Source: Mucinivorans sp.
Lineage (GTDB): Bacteria; Bacteroidota; Bacteroidia; Bacteroidales; Rikenellaceae
DNA: 52,061 nucleotides
Direction of reading: 5' to 3'
Assembly: GCA_036648455.1 (NCBI GenBank)
Contig: JAVXIH010000001.1
Coordinates: 1-52,061, forward strand
Shown here piece by piece: positions 11,180 to 20,501 of the stretch (the stretch's first letter is position 1; every line of letters starts with the position of its first letter). The notes beneath the pieces were generated by a model. The model did no database searches, was not told the DNA's origin, and saw nothing but the letters and a program-made list of their open reading frames with translations. Position numbers and translations under genes: made by a program.

Positions 11180-12792
11180 GAGAATTTAGCACTTTGGTGC
11201 GCCCCAATATTCTGGCGCTCGCCCCATACAGCACCGCACGCGATGAATCGAGCCTGAAAATCGGGCTCTTTCTCGATGCCAACGAGAGCCCGTGGGATAC
11301 CCCATACAACCGCTACCCAGACCCTCATCAAAAAGAGATAAAGGCGTTACTGTCAGAGATCAAAGGGGTGCCTACCGAAAATATTTTCCTCGGCAACGGA
11401 TCCGACGAGGCGATCGATTTGGTGTACCGCGTTTTTTGTGAGCCACGTGTGGATAATGTGGTGGCCATCAGCCCCAGTTATGGTATGTATCGGGTGGCGG
11501 CAGCCACGAACGATGTTCAGTATCGCGCCGTACGGCTCAATGACAACTTTGAGCTCGACGCGGCAGCCCTATTGGCGCACGTGGACGAACATACCAAGGC
11601 GATTTTCCTCTGTTCGCCCAACAACCCGAGCGGCAATCTGCTCGACGAGGGGCAGGTGCTCCAAATTCTCGACACCTTCGACGGCGTGGTGGTGGTGGAC
11701 GAGGCCTATATTGATTTTGCCGATTCACGATCCTCGATCACGCTGATCGAAAAATATCCGCGTCTCATTGTGCTCCAAACCCTATCCAAGGCTTGGGGAA
11801 TGGCGGGGCTCCGTCTAGGAATTGCGGTGGCGGCGAGCGAAATTATTTCGCTCTTTTCGCGTGTCAAATATCCATACAATATCGGTTCGGCAACTCAGCG
11901 CCTGGTGATCGAAAAGCTCAGCCAAGGTATCGATCAACAAGTGGTCGAGATCAAAAAACAACGCGCCGAGCTCGCCTCGAAAATTGCTCAATGCGCGGCT
12001 GTGAGGCAAGTGTTCCCGAGTGATGCGAATTTCGTTCTGGCACGTGTTGATGATGCCAACGCGCTATACGACAAGCTAATAGCTGCTGGCGTAATAGTTC
12101 GCAACCGCTCGTCGATCGAGGGTTGTGCGCAATGTTTGCGTATCACCGTTGGCACGGCGGAACAAAACGAGGCGTTGCTGGCCATTCTGGATAATCGTGC
12201 GGCAAGCGCTTCGATGCGCAGTGCCAAGATTGAACGCACGACTCGCGAAACGGAGATCACTTGCGCCGTGGATCTGGATCAACAAACTCCCTCGACGATC
12301 GATACGGGGTTGAAATTCCTAGACCATATGCTCGACCAGATCGTTCATCACGCCGGCATATCGCTGACCATCAAGGCTGTGGGTGACCTGCAAGTCGATG
12401 AGCATCACACCATTGAGGATGTGGCAATTGCTCTGGGCGAGGCGCTCGACAAGGCGCTGGGCTCCAAACGCGGCATCGAGCGTTATGGCTTTGCGCTGCC
12501 TATGGACGAGGCGCGAGCCTTGGTGTTGCTTGATTTTGGTGGGCGCATTGATTTTGAATGGGACGTACCTTTTACGCGTGATATGGTGGGCGATGTGCCG
12601 AGCGAGATGTTCGCGCACTTTTTCAAGAGCCTAGCCGCCGCCGCACACTGCAACCTGCATATCGCGGCCAGTGGCGAAAATAATCACCATCTGATCGAAG
12701 GTGTTTTCAAAGCCTTTGCCCGCGCCCTGCGTATGGCTGTGCGCCGCGAACCTTTCGCCTACGACCTACCGTCGAGCAAGGGGATATTGTAA
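11176..12792 (+). CDS. hisC: Fused histidinol-phosphate aminotransferase (HisC) and imidazoleglycerol-phosphate dehydratase (HisB IGPD domain)
   Basis: N-terminal GNGSDE, SPNNP, DEAY, TLSKAWG; C-terminal RTTRET, DHML, DEHHTIED, NNHHLIE; single 538-aa frame. Confidence 0.92.
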   Translation: MREFSTLVRPNILALAPYSTARDESSLKIGLFLDANESPWDTPYNRYPDPHQKEIKALLSEIKGVPTENIFLGNGSDEAIDLVYRVFCEPRVDNVVAISPSYGMYRVAAATNDVQYRAVRLNDNFELDAAALLAHVDEHTKAIFLCSPNNPSGNLLDEGQVLQILDTFDGVVVVDEAYIDFADSRSSITLIEKYPRLIVLQTLSKAWGMAGLRLGIAVAASEIISLFSRVKYPYNIGSATQRLVIEKLSQGIDQQVVEIKKQRAELASKIAQCAAVRQVFPSDANFVLARVDDANALYDKLIAAGVIVRNRSSIEGCAQCLRITVGTAEQNEALLAILDNRAASASMRSAKIERTTRETEITCAVDLDQQTPSTIDTGLKFLDHMLDQIVHHAGISLTIKAVGDLQVDEHHTIEDVAIALGEALDKALGSKRGIERYGFALPMDEARALVLLDFGGRIDFEWDVPFTRDMVGDVPSEMFAHFFKSLAAAAHCNLHIAASGENNHHLIEGVFKAFARALRMAVRREPFAYDLPSSKGIL

Positions 12793-12811
12793 GATTCCAT
12801 TAGAAACATCC

Positions 12812-12849
12812 AGAGGGTGAAGTACTATGGCGCTTCACCCTCTTGATTT
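12812..12849 (+). terminator. Intrinsic terminator-like hairpin after the his operon
   Basis: AGAGGGTGAAG / CTTCACCCTCT 11-bp perfect stem with a weak T-rich tail. Confidence 0.65.
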
Positions 12850-12851
12850 GA

Positions 12852-12940
12852 GGGGGCTTCTAGAAATTAGATTTTTCAAGGCGGACTCGTGGTCGATGAA
12901 CCGTAGTTTACCCAGCTGTAAATGAGGACTTTTAGATCCG
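12852..12940 (+). mobile_element. Family A MITE-like repeat, truncated on the right
   Basis: GGGGGCTTCTAGAAATTAGATTTTTCAAGGCG...GTAAATGAGGAC...GATCCG aligns with 36941-37026, then similarity stops. Confidence 0.75.
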
Positions 12941-13104
12941 CATCACAATATCAAACCATTTGTCAAAAATCGTCAGTTCTGTCAGACAAAATATGTTCTA
13001 ATTCAATCCCGCCAACGAGTTAAAGCTCTTGTAATCTAAAAGTTGTTTATCTGCCTGGAAATGAATTTTTTCAATAATATATAGTTCGATTTAGATATTT
13101 TCAC

Positions 13105-13112
13105 TACCTTTG
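13105..13112 (+). promoter_or_regulatory. Candidate -7 element for the biosynthetic cluster
   Basis: TACCTTTG in AT-rich context about 115 nt before the first ATG. Confidence 0.5.
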
Positions 13113-13225
13113 TCTGTTAGGTCTGAGATACAATTTCAGATGAAAGAAACCTTTAGGTTAAAGATGGTTTTACATATGCGCTAATTATTGTGCACTTAAA
13201 ATAGATATTAGAGAAGATAAAATTC

Positions 13226-14773
13226 ATGAGTATTTTTTCAAAAATAAAAGTTGATTCTAATTATCACCAAGCTGAAATGGCGATAGAGGATATTGTGATA
13301 TATAACAAGAAAACAGTTATAAAAACCGAAGATAAACAAAAGGTTCAAACTGCTTTTGATTTCCTGGCTGAATACCAGAAAGGGAAGGTTATTTATGGCA
13401 TAAATACTGGTTTTGGGCCAATGGCTCAATATCGCATTGCGGACAAAGATCTAAATCAACTCCAATATAACATTATTAGATCACACAGTTGTGGTGCCGG
13501 GCATCCACTCCCACAGGAGTGCGTTAGGGCTGCGATACTTGTTCGACTCCAGACCTTCCTCGCGGGCAAATCGGCAGTACATCCTGATACAATACAGATA
13601 CTAACCGATTTCTTGAATCATAATATTACGCCCGTTGTTCCAGAACATGGCAGTGTGGGTGCCAGTGGCGACTTGGTGCAGCTGTCTCACATCGCGCTGG
13701 CTTTGATTGGCGAGGGTGAAGTATTTTATGATGGGGCTATTGTAGAAACAGCTAAGGCGATGAAGGCGTGTGGCATTACGCCCTTGAAAATGCATATCAG
13801 AGAGGGGCTTGCACTAACTAACGGAACGGCTGTTATGACGGGTATCGGCCTTGTCAATCTGATCCAATCTCGCAAATTGCTCAAATGGTCAGTGTTGGCT
13901 TCGGTGATGATGAATGAGATTGCCTCGTCGTATGATGATTTTATGTCGGAGGTGCTCAATGATTTGAAATTGCACGATGGACAGCGTATAATTGCGGGGC
14001 AGATGCGTGAAATATCCTCGTCGAGCAAACTGCTACGCAAGCGTGAGCAGGTATTATACAACTCGAAAGAGAATCAAGAAAAGATTTTCACACATAAGGT
14101 ACAGCCATACTATTCGCTTCGTTGTACGCCTCAGGTATTGGGTCCCATTGCTGAAACGATAGACAATGCAGGTAAAATTCTGATAGAGGAGTTTTATTCA
14201 GTTGACGACAATCCAATTGTAGATCCTCAAACGGAGTGTGTCTATCACGGGGGTAATTTTCATGGCGACTACATTTCCTTCGAGATGGACAAACTAAAAA
14301 TAGCCATCACTAAGCTAACTATGCTTGCCGAGAGACAACTGAACTACCTGTTCCACGACCGAATAAATGGGATATTGCCACCTTTCCTAAATATGGGCGA
14401 GTTGGGGCTTAATTATGGGTTGCAGGCAGCTCAATTCACGGCGACCTCTACCACGGCAGAGTGCCAGATGTTGTCCAATCCAATGTATGTGCACAGCATT
14501 CCCAACAATAACGACAATCAAGATATTGTCAGTATGGGCACTAATTCAGCCTCTATTGCACAGATGGTTATCGAAAACAGCTTTCAGGTGATGGCCATTC
14601 AGATGATTGCACTTGTGCAGGCTGTTGATTGCTTGGGGGTGTCAGAGCAGTTGTCGGACAACACAAAGAGCCTTTATGCCGATATTCGTAATATTGTGCC
14701 TAAGTTTATTAGCGACACAACTAAGTATGTAGAAATTAATAACGTTATTGAATACTTAAAAAATTATAAATGA
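13226..14773 (+). CDS. MIO-dependent aromatic amino acid ammonia-lyase, probably tyrosine ammonia-lyase (flexirubin FlxA/FjTAL-like)
   Basis: YGINTGFG, GASGDL MIO motif, YSLRC, HGGNFHG, NQDIVSMG; from recall, strongly resembles Flavobacterium johnsoniae TAL. Confidence 0.85.
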   Translation: MSIFSKIKVDSNYHQAEMAIEDIVIYNKKTVIKTEDKQKVQTAFDFLAEYQKGKVIYGINTGFGPMAQYRIADKDLNQLQYNIIRSHSCGAGHPLPQECVRAAILVRLQTFLAGKSAVHPDTIQILTDFLNHNITPVVPEHGSVGASGDLVQLSHIALALIGEGEVFYDGAIVETAKAMKACGITPLKMHIREGLALTNGTAVMTGIGLVNLIQSRKLLKWSVLASVMMNEIASSYDDFMSEVLNDLKLHDGQRIIAGQMREISSSSKLLRKREQVLYNSKENQEKIFTHKVQPYYSLRCTPQVLGPIAETIDNAGKILIEEFYSVDDNPIVDPQTECVYHGGNFHGDYISFEMDKLKIAITKLTMLAERQLNYLFHDRINGILPPFLNMGELGLNYGLQAAQFTATSTTAECQMLSNPMYVHSIPNNNDNQDIVSMGTNSASIAQMVIENSFQVMAIQMIALVQAVDCLGVSEQLSDNTKSLYADIRNIVPKFISDTTKYVEINNVIEYLKNYK

Positions 14774-14774
14774 C

Positions 14775-15230
14775 ATGAAAAAATACTTTTACACGCTACT
14801 GATTTTAATCAGTTCCATCACCACTCTACAAGCACAAAATGTTAAAGAACTATTATCCAAAGGGAACGACGTGTTTATCGAAGTTGTGGATAAGAACAAG
14901 AATACAGATGGTGCTTATGAATCATTTAAGAGACATCTGCTGGGCGAGGAGTGGAATCGTTGGGTTCTTGTAGAAAACAAAGATGCTGCAAATTTTATTT
15001 GTAGATTAGTTATCGAGAAAAAAGGTTTTAACGTGATGAGTTTCACCTCTTATGGGGCGAGGGTTCGTACAGTGGTTGAGATTGTTACCCCTGAAGGTAA
15101 AAGTATCTGGAAAAGCAAGCGTCAACAAGGTAATGTTAGCCTCTACACTGGTGGCGATGCCTTGTCGGATGCGATGCGAAAAGTGATTCGCAGATCGCTC
15201 AAGGTGGAGTTGTATGGCGAAAAAGATTAG
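14775..15230 (+). CDS. Secreted hypothetical protein
   Basis: Sec signal MKKYFYTLLILISSITTLQA-Q; abuts both neighbours. Confidence 0.75.
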   Translation: MKKYFYTLLILISSITTLQAQNVKELLSKGNDVFIEVVDKNKNTDGAYESFKRHLLGEEWNRWVLVENKDAANFICRLVIEKKGFNVMSFTSYGARVRTVVEIVTPEGKSIWKSKRQQGNVSLYTGGDALSDAMRKVIRRSLKVELYGEKD

Positions 15231-15232
15231 AT

Positions 15233-15961
15233 ATGAAGTATGCACTTGTAACCGGAGCCAGTCGAGGTATAGGCAGGGCTATATGCCAAAAACTAGCCGA
15301 GATGGGCTACTACGTGCTGATCAACTACTTGTCTAACCATCAGCAGGCTGAGCAGACGCTTAGTTTGGTTCGTGAGCGTGGCTCAGATGGTGAACTAATG
15401 CAGTTTGATGTAGCCGATAATATTCAAGTTGCCCAGGTGTTGACACTCTGGCAGCAGAAGAATCCGCAAGAATATATAGAGGTGCTTGTCAATAATGCAG
15501 GTATCCGTAAAGATGCGCTGATGATATGGATGGAGCCTGAAAGTTGGAGCGGGGTTCTTAACACTCACCTAAATGGCTTTTTCAATGTCACTCAGCCTCT
15601 ACTGAAATCAATGTTGGTAGGGCGTTTTGGGCGAGTGGTGAATATCGTCTCTCTTTCGGGCATCAAAGGATTGCCAGGGCAGGTCAACTACTCAGCCGCA
15701 AAAGGGGGCTTGATAGCCGCCACAAAAGCACTGGCGCAGGAAGTGGCGAAAAAAGGGGTGACGGTGAATGCTGTTGCACCGGGGTATGTGGCGACGGAAA
15801 TGACCCAAGATTTGGATGAGAAGGAGCTAAAAAAGATGGTGCCTGTTGGGCGTTTTGGACGAGCTGATGAGGTTGCTGATCTGGTTGCATTCTTAGTTTC
15901 AGATAAAGCATCATATATTACCGGAGAGGTGATATCTATTAATGGAGGTTTGTACACATAG
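15233..15961 (+). CDS. fabG: 3-oxoacyl-ACP reductase (SDR, cluster ketoreductase)
   Basis: TGASRGIG, NNAG, YSAAK, NAVAPG. Confidence 0.92.
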   Translation: MKYALVTGASRGIGRAICQKLAEMGYYVLINYLSNHQQAEQTLSLVRERGSDGELMQFDVADNIQVAQVLTLWQQKNPQEYIEVLVNNAGIRKDALMIWMEPESWSGVLNTHLNGFFNVTQPLLKSMLVGRFGRVVNIVSLSGIKGLPGQVNYSAAKGGLIAATKALAQEVAKKGVTVNAVAPGYVATEMTQDLDEKELKKMVPVGRFGRADEVADLVAFLVSDKASYITGEVISINGGLYT

Positions 15962-15979
15962 CAATATTATGGAGATATT

Positions 15980-17209
15980 ATGGAGAATAGAGTGGTAATA
16001 ACAGGTATGGGCATATATTCGTGTATTGGCAAGAATTTGGAGCAGGTCACACAGTCTTTATACGATGGCAAATCTGGTATCGGTTATGACCCGGCCAGAA
16101 AGGAGATGGGTTATCGCTCGGCTCTAACAGGAATTTTGGAACAACCCGACTTAAAAGGTGTCTTGGATCGTCGCAAAAGAATATGTCTACCCCAGCAGGG
16201 GGCTTATGCCTATGTGGCGACGGTTGAGGCTATGAAAAATGCCAATATAGATGAGGCTTTTTTGTCCAGAAATGAGGTGGGTATTCTCTATGGCAATGAT
16301 AGTTGTGCTGCACCTGTGATTGAGGGTGTTGACATTATCCGCGAGAAAAAAAATACAGCAATGGTAGGTTCGGGGAATATTTTTCAATCTATGAACTCTA
16401 CTGTCACTATGAATCTATCTGTAATATTCAATCTCAGGGGAGTGAATTTCACCATTGCAGGAGCTTGTGCTAGTGGGTCGCACTCAATCGGAATGGCATA
16501 TCTGCTCATCAAAAACGGCCTGCAAGATTGCATTGTTTGTGGTGGCGCGCAGGAGGTTAACGTATATTCTGTTGGCAGTTTTGATGGGCTTAGTGCTTTT
16601 TCTATCCGAGAGGATGATCCCGCGGCCGCATCACGACCATTTGACAAAAACAGAGATGGATTAGTGCCAAGTGGTGGCGCGGCAACGCTTATTCTTGAGA
16701 GTTACGAATCTGCCGTCAAGCGAGGTGCAAATATAATCGCAGAGGTGATGGGCTATGGCTTTTCTTCTAATGGCGACCACATATCGGTTCCGAACGTTGA
16801 TGGGCCTCGACGCTCGTTAGCGAAGGCAATCAAAACATCGGGAGTAAATATTGAAGATATTGCGTATATCAATGCTCATGCAACATCTACACCCATAGGC
16901 GATTACAATGAGGCGCTGGCAATAGCATCTGTTTTTGACGGATACTCGCCCTATGTCTCGTCGACCAAAGCGATGACAGGACACGAAATGTGGATGGCAG
17001 GTGCGAGTGAGGTGATTTATTCGACATTGATGATGCAGAATGGATTTATAGCCCCCAGCGTAAATTTTGAGCAGGGCGATGAGGCCACCTCCAAGCTGAA
17101 TATATCGAGAGAGCGGGTCGATCTTGATTTCGACACATTTTTATCCAACTCTTTTGGGTTTGGTGGAACAAATTCAACACTGATTATAAAAAACTTTAAA
17201 AACAAATGA
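15980..17209 (+). CDS. Beta-ketoacyl-ACP synthase (FabB/F-type)
   Basis: GACASG catalytic Cys, HATST, GHEM, SFGFGG. Confidence 0.93.
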   Translation: MENRVVITGMGIYSCIGKNLEQVTQSLYDGKSGIGYDPARKEMGYRSALTGILEQPDLKGVLDRRKRICLPQQGAYAYVATVEAMKNANIDEAFLSRNEVGILYGNDSCAAPVIEGVDIIREKKNTAMVGSGNIFQSMNSTVTMNLSVIFNLRGVNFTIAGACASGSHSIGMAYLLIKNGLQDCIVCGGAQEVNVYSVGSFDGLSAFSIREDDPAAASRPFDKNRDGLVPSGGAATLILESYESAVKRGANIIAEVMGYGFSSNGDHISVPNVDGPRRSLAKAIKTSGVNIEDIAYINAHATSTPIGDYNEALAIASVFDGYSPYVSSTKAMTGHEMWMAGASEVIYSTLMMQNGFIAPSVNFEQGDEATSKLNISRERVDLDFDTFLSNSFGFGGTNSTLIIKNFKNK

Positions 17210-17457
17210 CAGAGAACGAAATTATTGCGAAAATAAACGAAGTATTGGCAGACGAGTTTGAAGCTAACATTGACGACATTACTCCTGATGCGTTATTGAT
17301 GAAGTGCTTGGATCTTGATAGTCTCGATCTGGTGGATGTGGTGGTGCTGATTGATAATAACTTTGGCGTTACGCTGACAGGCCCTGACTTTGTGGGGATT
17401 AATACATTCCAAGATTTTTATGATCTAATTATTAAAAAGGTGAATGAAAAACAATAG
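17206..17457 (+). CDS. Acyl carrier protein 1
   Basis: 83 aa, acidic, LDSLD phosphopantetheine site. Confidence 0.92.
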   Translation: MTENEIIAKINEVLADEFEANIDDITPDALLMKCLDLDSLDLVDVVVLIDNNFGVTLTGPDFVGINTFQDFYDLIIKKVNEKQ

Positions 17458-18316
17458 AACTGAGTGGAGTGGTAAGTCTCGAGGTGGTTCGTTTGGATAT
17501 CGTTTTTTCGTGATGCTCATACGTCGGGTCGGGATCGGAGCTTCTTACTCATTTCTATCGCTGATTGTAGTCTATTTTATACCTTTTGCGCCAAAGGCAA
17601 CACGTGCAATATGGCGATATAACCGCCACGTACTTAAATATGGAATGGTGAAGTCTGCACTAAAACTTTATAGCCATTATTATGTTTTTGGGCAGACCAT
17701 TATAGATAAAATAGCTATAAATAGTGGATTAGAGCATAAATACAAGTTTGAGTTTGGCCATTACGAGCAGTTTATCGAGCAGCTCGACCAGGGTGCGGTT
17801 ATTATTATCGGTGGGCACGTGGGCTGCTGGGAGATTGGATCTCAATTTTTTGGAGACTATTCGTCTCGACTTAACATCGTGATGTTTGATGGTGAATACC
17901 ACAAAATCAAGGAGGTTGCTCAGACAATGAATACTCGATATAAAATTATTGCCATCAACGAGGGGGGGATTGAGTCCTTGCTCCGCATAAAACAAGCTGT
18001 TGACGGCGGCGAATATGTCTGCTTTCAAGGCGACCGCTTTGTAGACAAAAACAACACGTGCAGTGTTCGTTTTCTTGGGCACGATGCGCTGTTTCCCTTA
18101 GGGCCATCGCTGCTAGCATCTAAATTCAAAACTCCTGTGGTCTTTTATTTTGCTATGCGTGAATCAGGCAGGCGTTACCGATTCAAATTCAGTATCTTAG
18201 AGTCGGGCTTATCGCAAAAAGAGATACTGGCGGCTTATGTGGAGAAATTAGAGCAGGTAGTAAAGGAATATCCTCAACAGTGGTTTAATTTTTTTGATTT
18301 ATGGAAACAAAGGTAG
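17444..18316 (+). CDS. LpxL/LpxP-like lipid acyltransferase
   Basis: HVGCWE (HX4E), QGDR, PQQWFNF. Confidence 0.85.
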   Translation: MKNNRTEWSGKSRGGSFGYRFFVMLIRRVGIGASYSFLSLIVVYFIPFAPKATRAIWRYNRHVLKYGMVKSALKLYSHYYVFGQTIIDKIAINSGLEHKYKFEFGHYEQFIEQLDQGAVIIIGGHVGCWEIGSQFFGDYSSRLNIVMFDGEYHKIKEVAQTMNTRYKIIAINEGGIESLLRIKQAVDGGEYVCFQGDRFVDKNNTCSVRFLGHDALFPLGPSLLASKFKTPVVFYFAMRESGRRYRFKFSILESGLSQKEILAAYVEKLEQVVKEYPQQWFNFFDLWKQR

Positions 18317-19638
18317 CCTTAATATCCGCCAATAGGCATAAAGAGCCGTACCCGGTCTATCCATTGGGCACAGCCTATCTTAAATCATACGTTGAGCAAC
18401 ATATTGCTGATTGTGTGGTTGATGTGGTGGATATGAATCTGCTCTCTTTGTCCGAGTTACAGCAATATCTGACAGAGCAATCACCTGATTTTATTTGTAT
18501 CTCTATTCGCAATGTGGATGGAGCTAATTCGTTGGACAAGCGTGGGTTTTTACCCGATTACAAGCTGATAGTTAACACGGTGCGTCAATCGACATCTCGG
18601 CCGATTATTGTTGGAGGAGCTGGATTTTCAATATTCCCAGAGGTTTTTATCCGAGAGCTTGGTGCTGATTACGGTATCGCTGGCGAGGGAGAAGCGGCAC
18701 TGAGTGAGTTGATATTGGCTCTTTCGGCGGGTCAACAAATAGCAAAAACGCCACACCTGATCCCTCGGGATGGAGTGTCGTATATTAAATCGCCACAGGC
18801 TGTTTACGAACCACAGTTGGTTGAGTATTATTGGAAAGAGAGCGGAATGCTCAACATACAGACCAAACGAGGATGTCCCTACAACTGTATCTATTGCACC
18901 TATCCGCAGATTGATGGGCGTTGTGTGCGAACAATGGATGTAGGCTCTATCGTAGAGACTATCGCTAAAATGAAGCGTGATTACGGGGTCAACTACTGGT
19001 TTTTTACCGATTCGATTTTCAATATCAACGACAGGTATAATGCCGAATTGGCAGAGGCCTTGGTCAAAAGCGGAGTCAATATATCGTGGGGAGCATATTT
19101 TGCACCCAAAGATATAAGCGATGAGCAGATGGCTCTCTACAAGGCATCGGGATTGACCCACATTGAGTATGGTACGGAGTCGTTCTGTGATGCGACGCTT
19201 GAGGCTTATGGCAAGCGATTTACGTTTGATGATGTTTTGAGTTGCTCGGAAATGGCACTCAAACACAATGTGTTCTATTCTCATTTTCTGATTCTTGGGG
19301 GATGGGGCGAGAGTAGGCAGCAGCTTGAAACGACAATACGCAACTCTAAAAAATTACGCCACACCGTAATTTTTCCGTATATTGGCATGCGCATATATCC
19401 CAATACTCGATTACATAAATATGCTATTGAGGATGGCGTTGTTGATGTAAAGGATGATTTGATGGAGCCTCGATACTACATAACCCGGGATTTTGATCTA
19501 GAATTGACAAAGCAACAGGCAAAAGGAACGTCTAAGGCGTGGATTTTCCCTGATGCGCCACAAGACGAGATGGTGAACATACTTAAATTTAAACGCAATA
19601 AAAAAGGGCCGCTATGGGAGTATTTGAGAAAGCCATAA
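18301..19638 (+). CDS. Cobalamin-binding radical SAM protein (lipid-biosynthesis type)
   Basis: N-terminal PYPVYPLG and VGGAG B12-binding region; RGCPYNCIYC CX3CX2C; GTES. Confidence 0.88.
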   Translation: METKVALISANRHKEPYPVYPLGTAYLKSYVEQHIADCVVDVVDMNLLSLSELQQYLTEQSPDFICISIRNVDGANSLDKRGFLPDYKLIVNTVRQSTSRPIIVGGAGFSIFPEVFIRELGADYGIAGEGEAALSELILALSAGQQIAKTPHLIPRDGVSYIKSPQAVYEPQLVEYYWKESGMLNIQTKRGCPYNCIYCTYPQIDGRCVRTMDVGSIVETIAKMKRDYGVNYWFFTDSIFNINDRYNAELAEALVKSGVNISWGAYFAPKDISDEQMALYKASGLTHIEYGTESFCDATLEAYGKRFTFDDVLSCSEMALKHNVFYSHFLILGGWGESRQQLETTIRNSKKLRHTVIFPYIGMRIYPNTRLHKYAIEDGVVDVKDDLMEPRYYITRDFDLELTKQQAKGTSKAWIFPDAPQDEMVNILKFKRNKKGPLWEYLRKP

Positions 19639-20051
19639 TCGGGCAAGATGAGATAGTGGAGTTCATTCCTCAGCGAGCACCTATCGTGATGGTGGATGAA
19701 TTTTTTGGGGTTTCAGACGATGTCTCTGTAACTGGATTTACTATTGCCGAGGATAATATTTTCTGTGAGTTTGGGGCATTCAGTGAATGTGGAGTTATTG
19801 AACATATCGCTCAATCTGCCGCTATGCGTATGGGCTATATATACAAAAGTGAAAACAAGGAGATTCCGTTAGGTTACATTGGTTCGGTCAATAAATTTAA
19901 AATTTATTATCTACCCAAGATTGAAGATCGTTTACGAACGGAAATTCGCATCGAACAGCAGATAATGAATATTATGCTCATCTCTGCGGTGGTTAAGGTT
20001 CAAGAAGTGTTAGTGGCTGAGTGTCAGATGAAAATATATCTTCAAGAGTAG
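19614..20051 (+). CDS. Hotdog-fold 3-hydroxyacyl-ACP dehydratase (ApeP-like)
   Basis: IPQRAPIVMVD, EHIAQS. Confidence 0.8.
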   Translation: MGVFEKAIIGQDEIVEFIPQRAPIVMVDEFFGVSDDVSVTGFTIAEDNIFCEFGAFSECGVIEHIAQSAAMRMGYIYKSENKEIPLGYIGSVNKFKIYYLPKIEDRLRTEIRIEQQIMNIMLISAVVKVQEVLVAECQMKIYLQE

Positions 20052-20057
20052 ATTGTT

Positions 20058-20501
20058 ATGGTAAAACGAAAAGAGAAAAATATAGCACTAAGAAATCAAA
20101 CACCTTTGCGTGTTCGTTTCAGCGAGGTTGATTCGATGCAGATTGTTTGGCACGGAGAGTATGTGCGCTACTTTGAGGATGGCAGAGAGGCGTTTGGACG
20201 AGAGTTCAAGGGGCTTGGCTATATGGATTTATACGAGAGTGGGTACACCGCGCCGATGGTCGATATGACTTTGCAATATAAACGTCCGCTTAGATGTAAC
20301 GATACCGCCATTGTCGAAACACGATACATTGCCTCGGAGGGAGCTAAAATCTGTTTTGAGTACGAGATTCGCCGAGAATCGGATGGCGAGATTGTGGCCA
20401 CCGGTAGTAGTGTGCAGGTGTTTCTGGATAGAAATGACGTATTGCAACTTAATTCACCTGAGTTTTATATAAATTGGAGAGAGAAATGGGGCGTAAAGTA
20501 A
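20058..20501 (+). CDS. Acyl-CoA/ACP thioesterase (4HBT/YbgC-like)
   Basis: RFSEVDSMQIVWHGEYVRYFEDGRE. Confidence 0.88.
   Translation: MVKRKEKNIALRNQTPLRVRFSEVDSMQIVWHGEYVRYFEDGREAFGREFKGLGYMDLYESGYTAPMVDMTLQYKRPLRCNDTAIVETRYIASEGAKICFEYEIRRESDGEIVATGSSVQVFLDRNDVLQLNSPEFYINWREKWGVK

Noticed and set aside
12960-12990. Clustered (T/C)GTCA motifs upstream of the cluster as an operator
   Set aside because: Short, irregularly spaced, no regulator nearby; not distinguishable from chance
13226-14773. Histidine utilisation (hutH) assignment
   Set aside because: No hutU/I/G nearby; embedded in a PKS operon and resembles the flexirubin TAL
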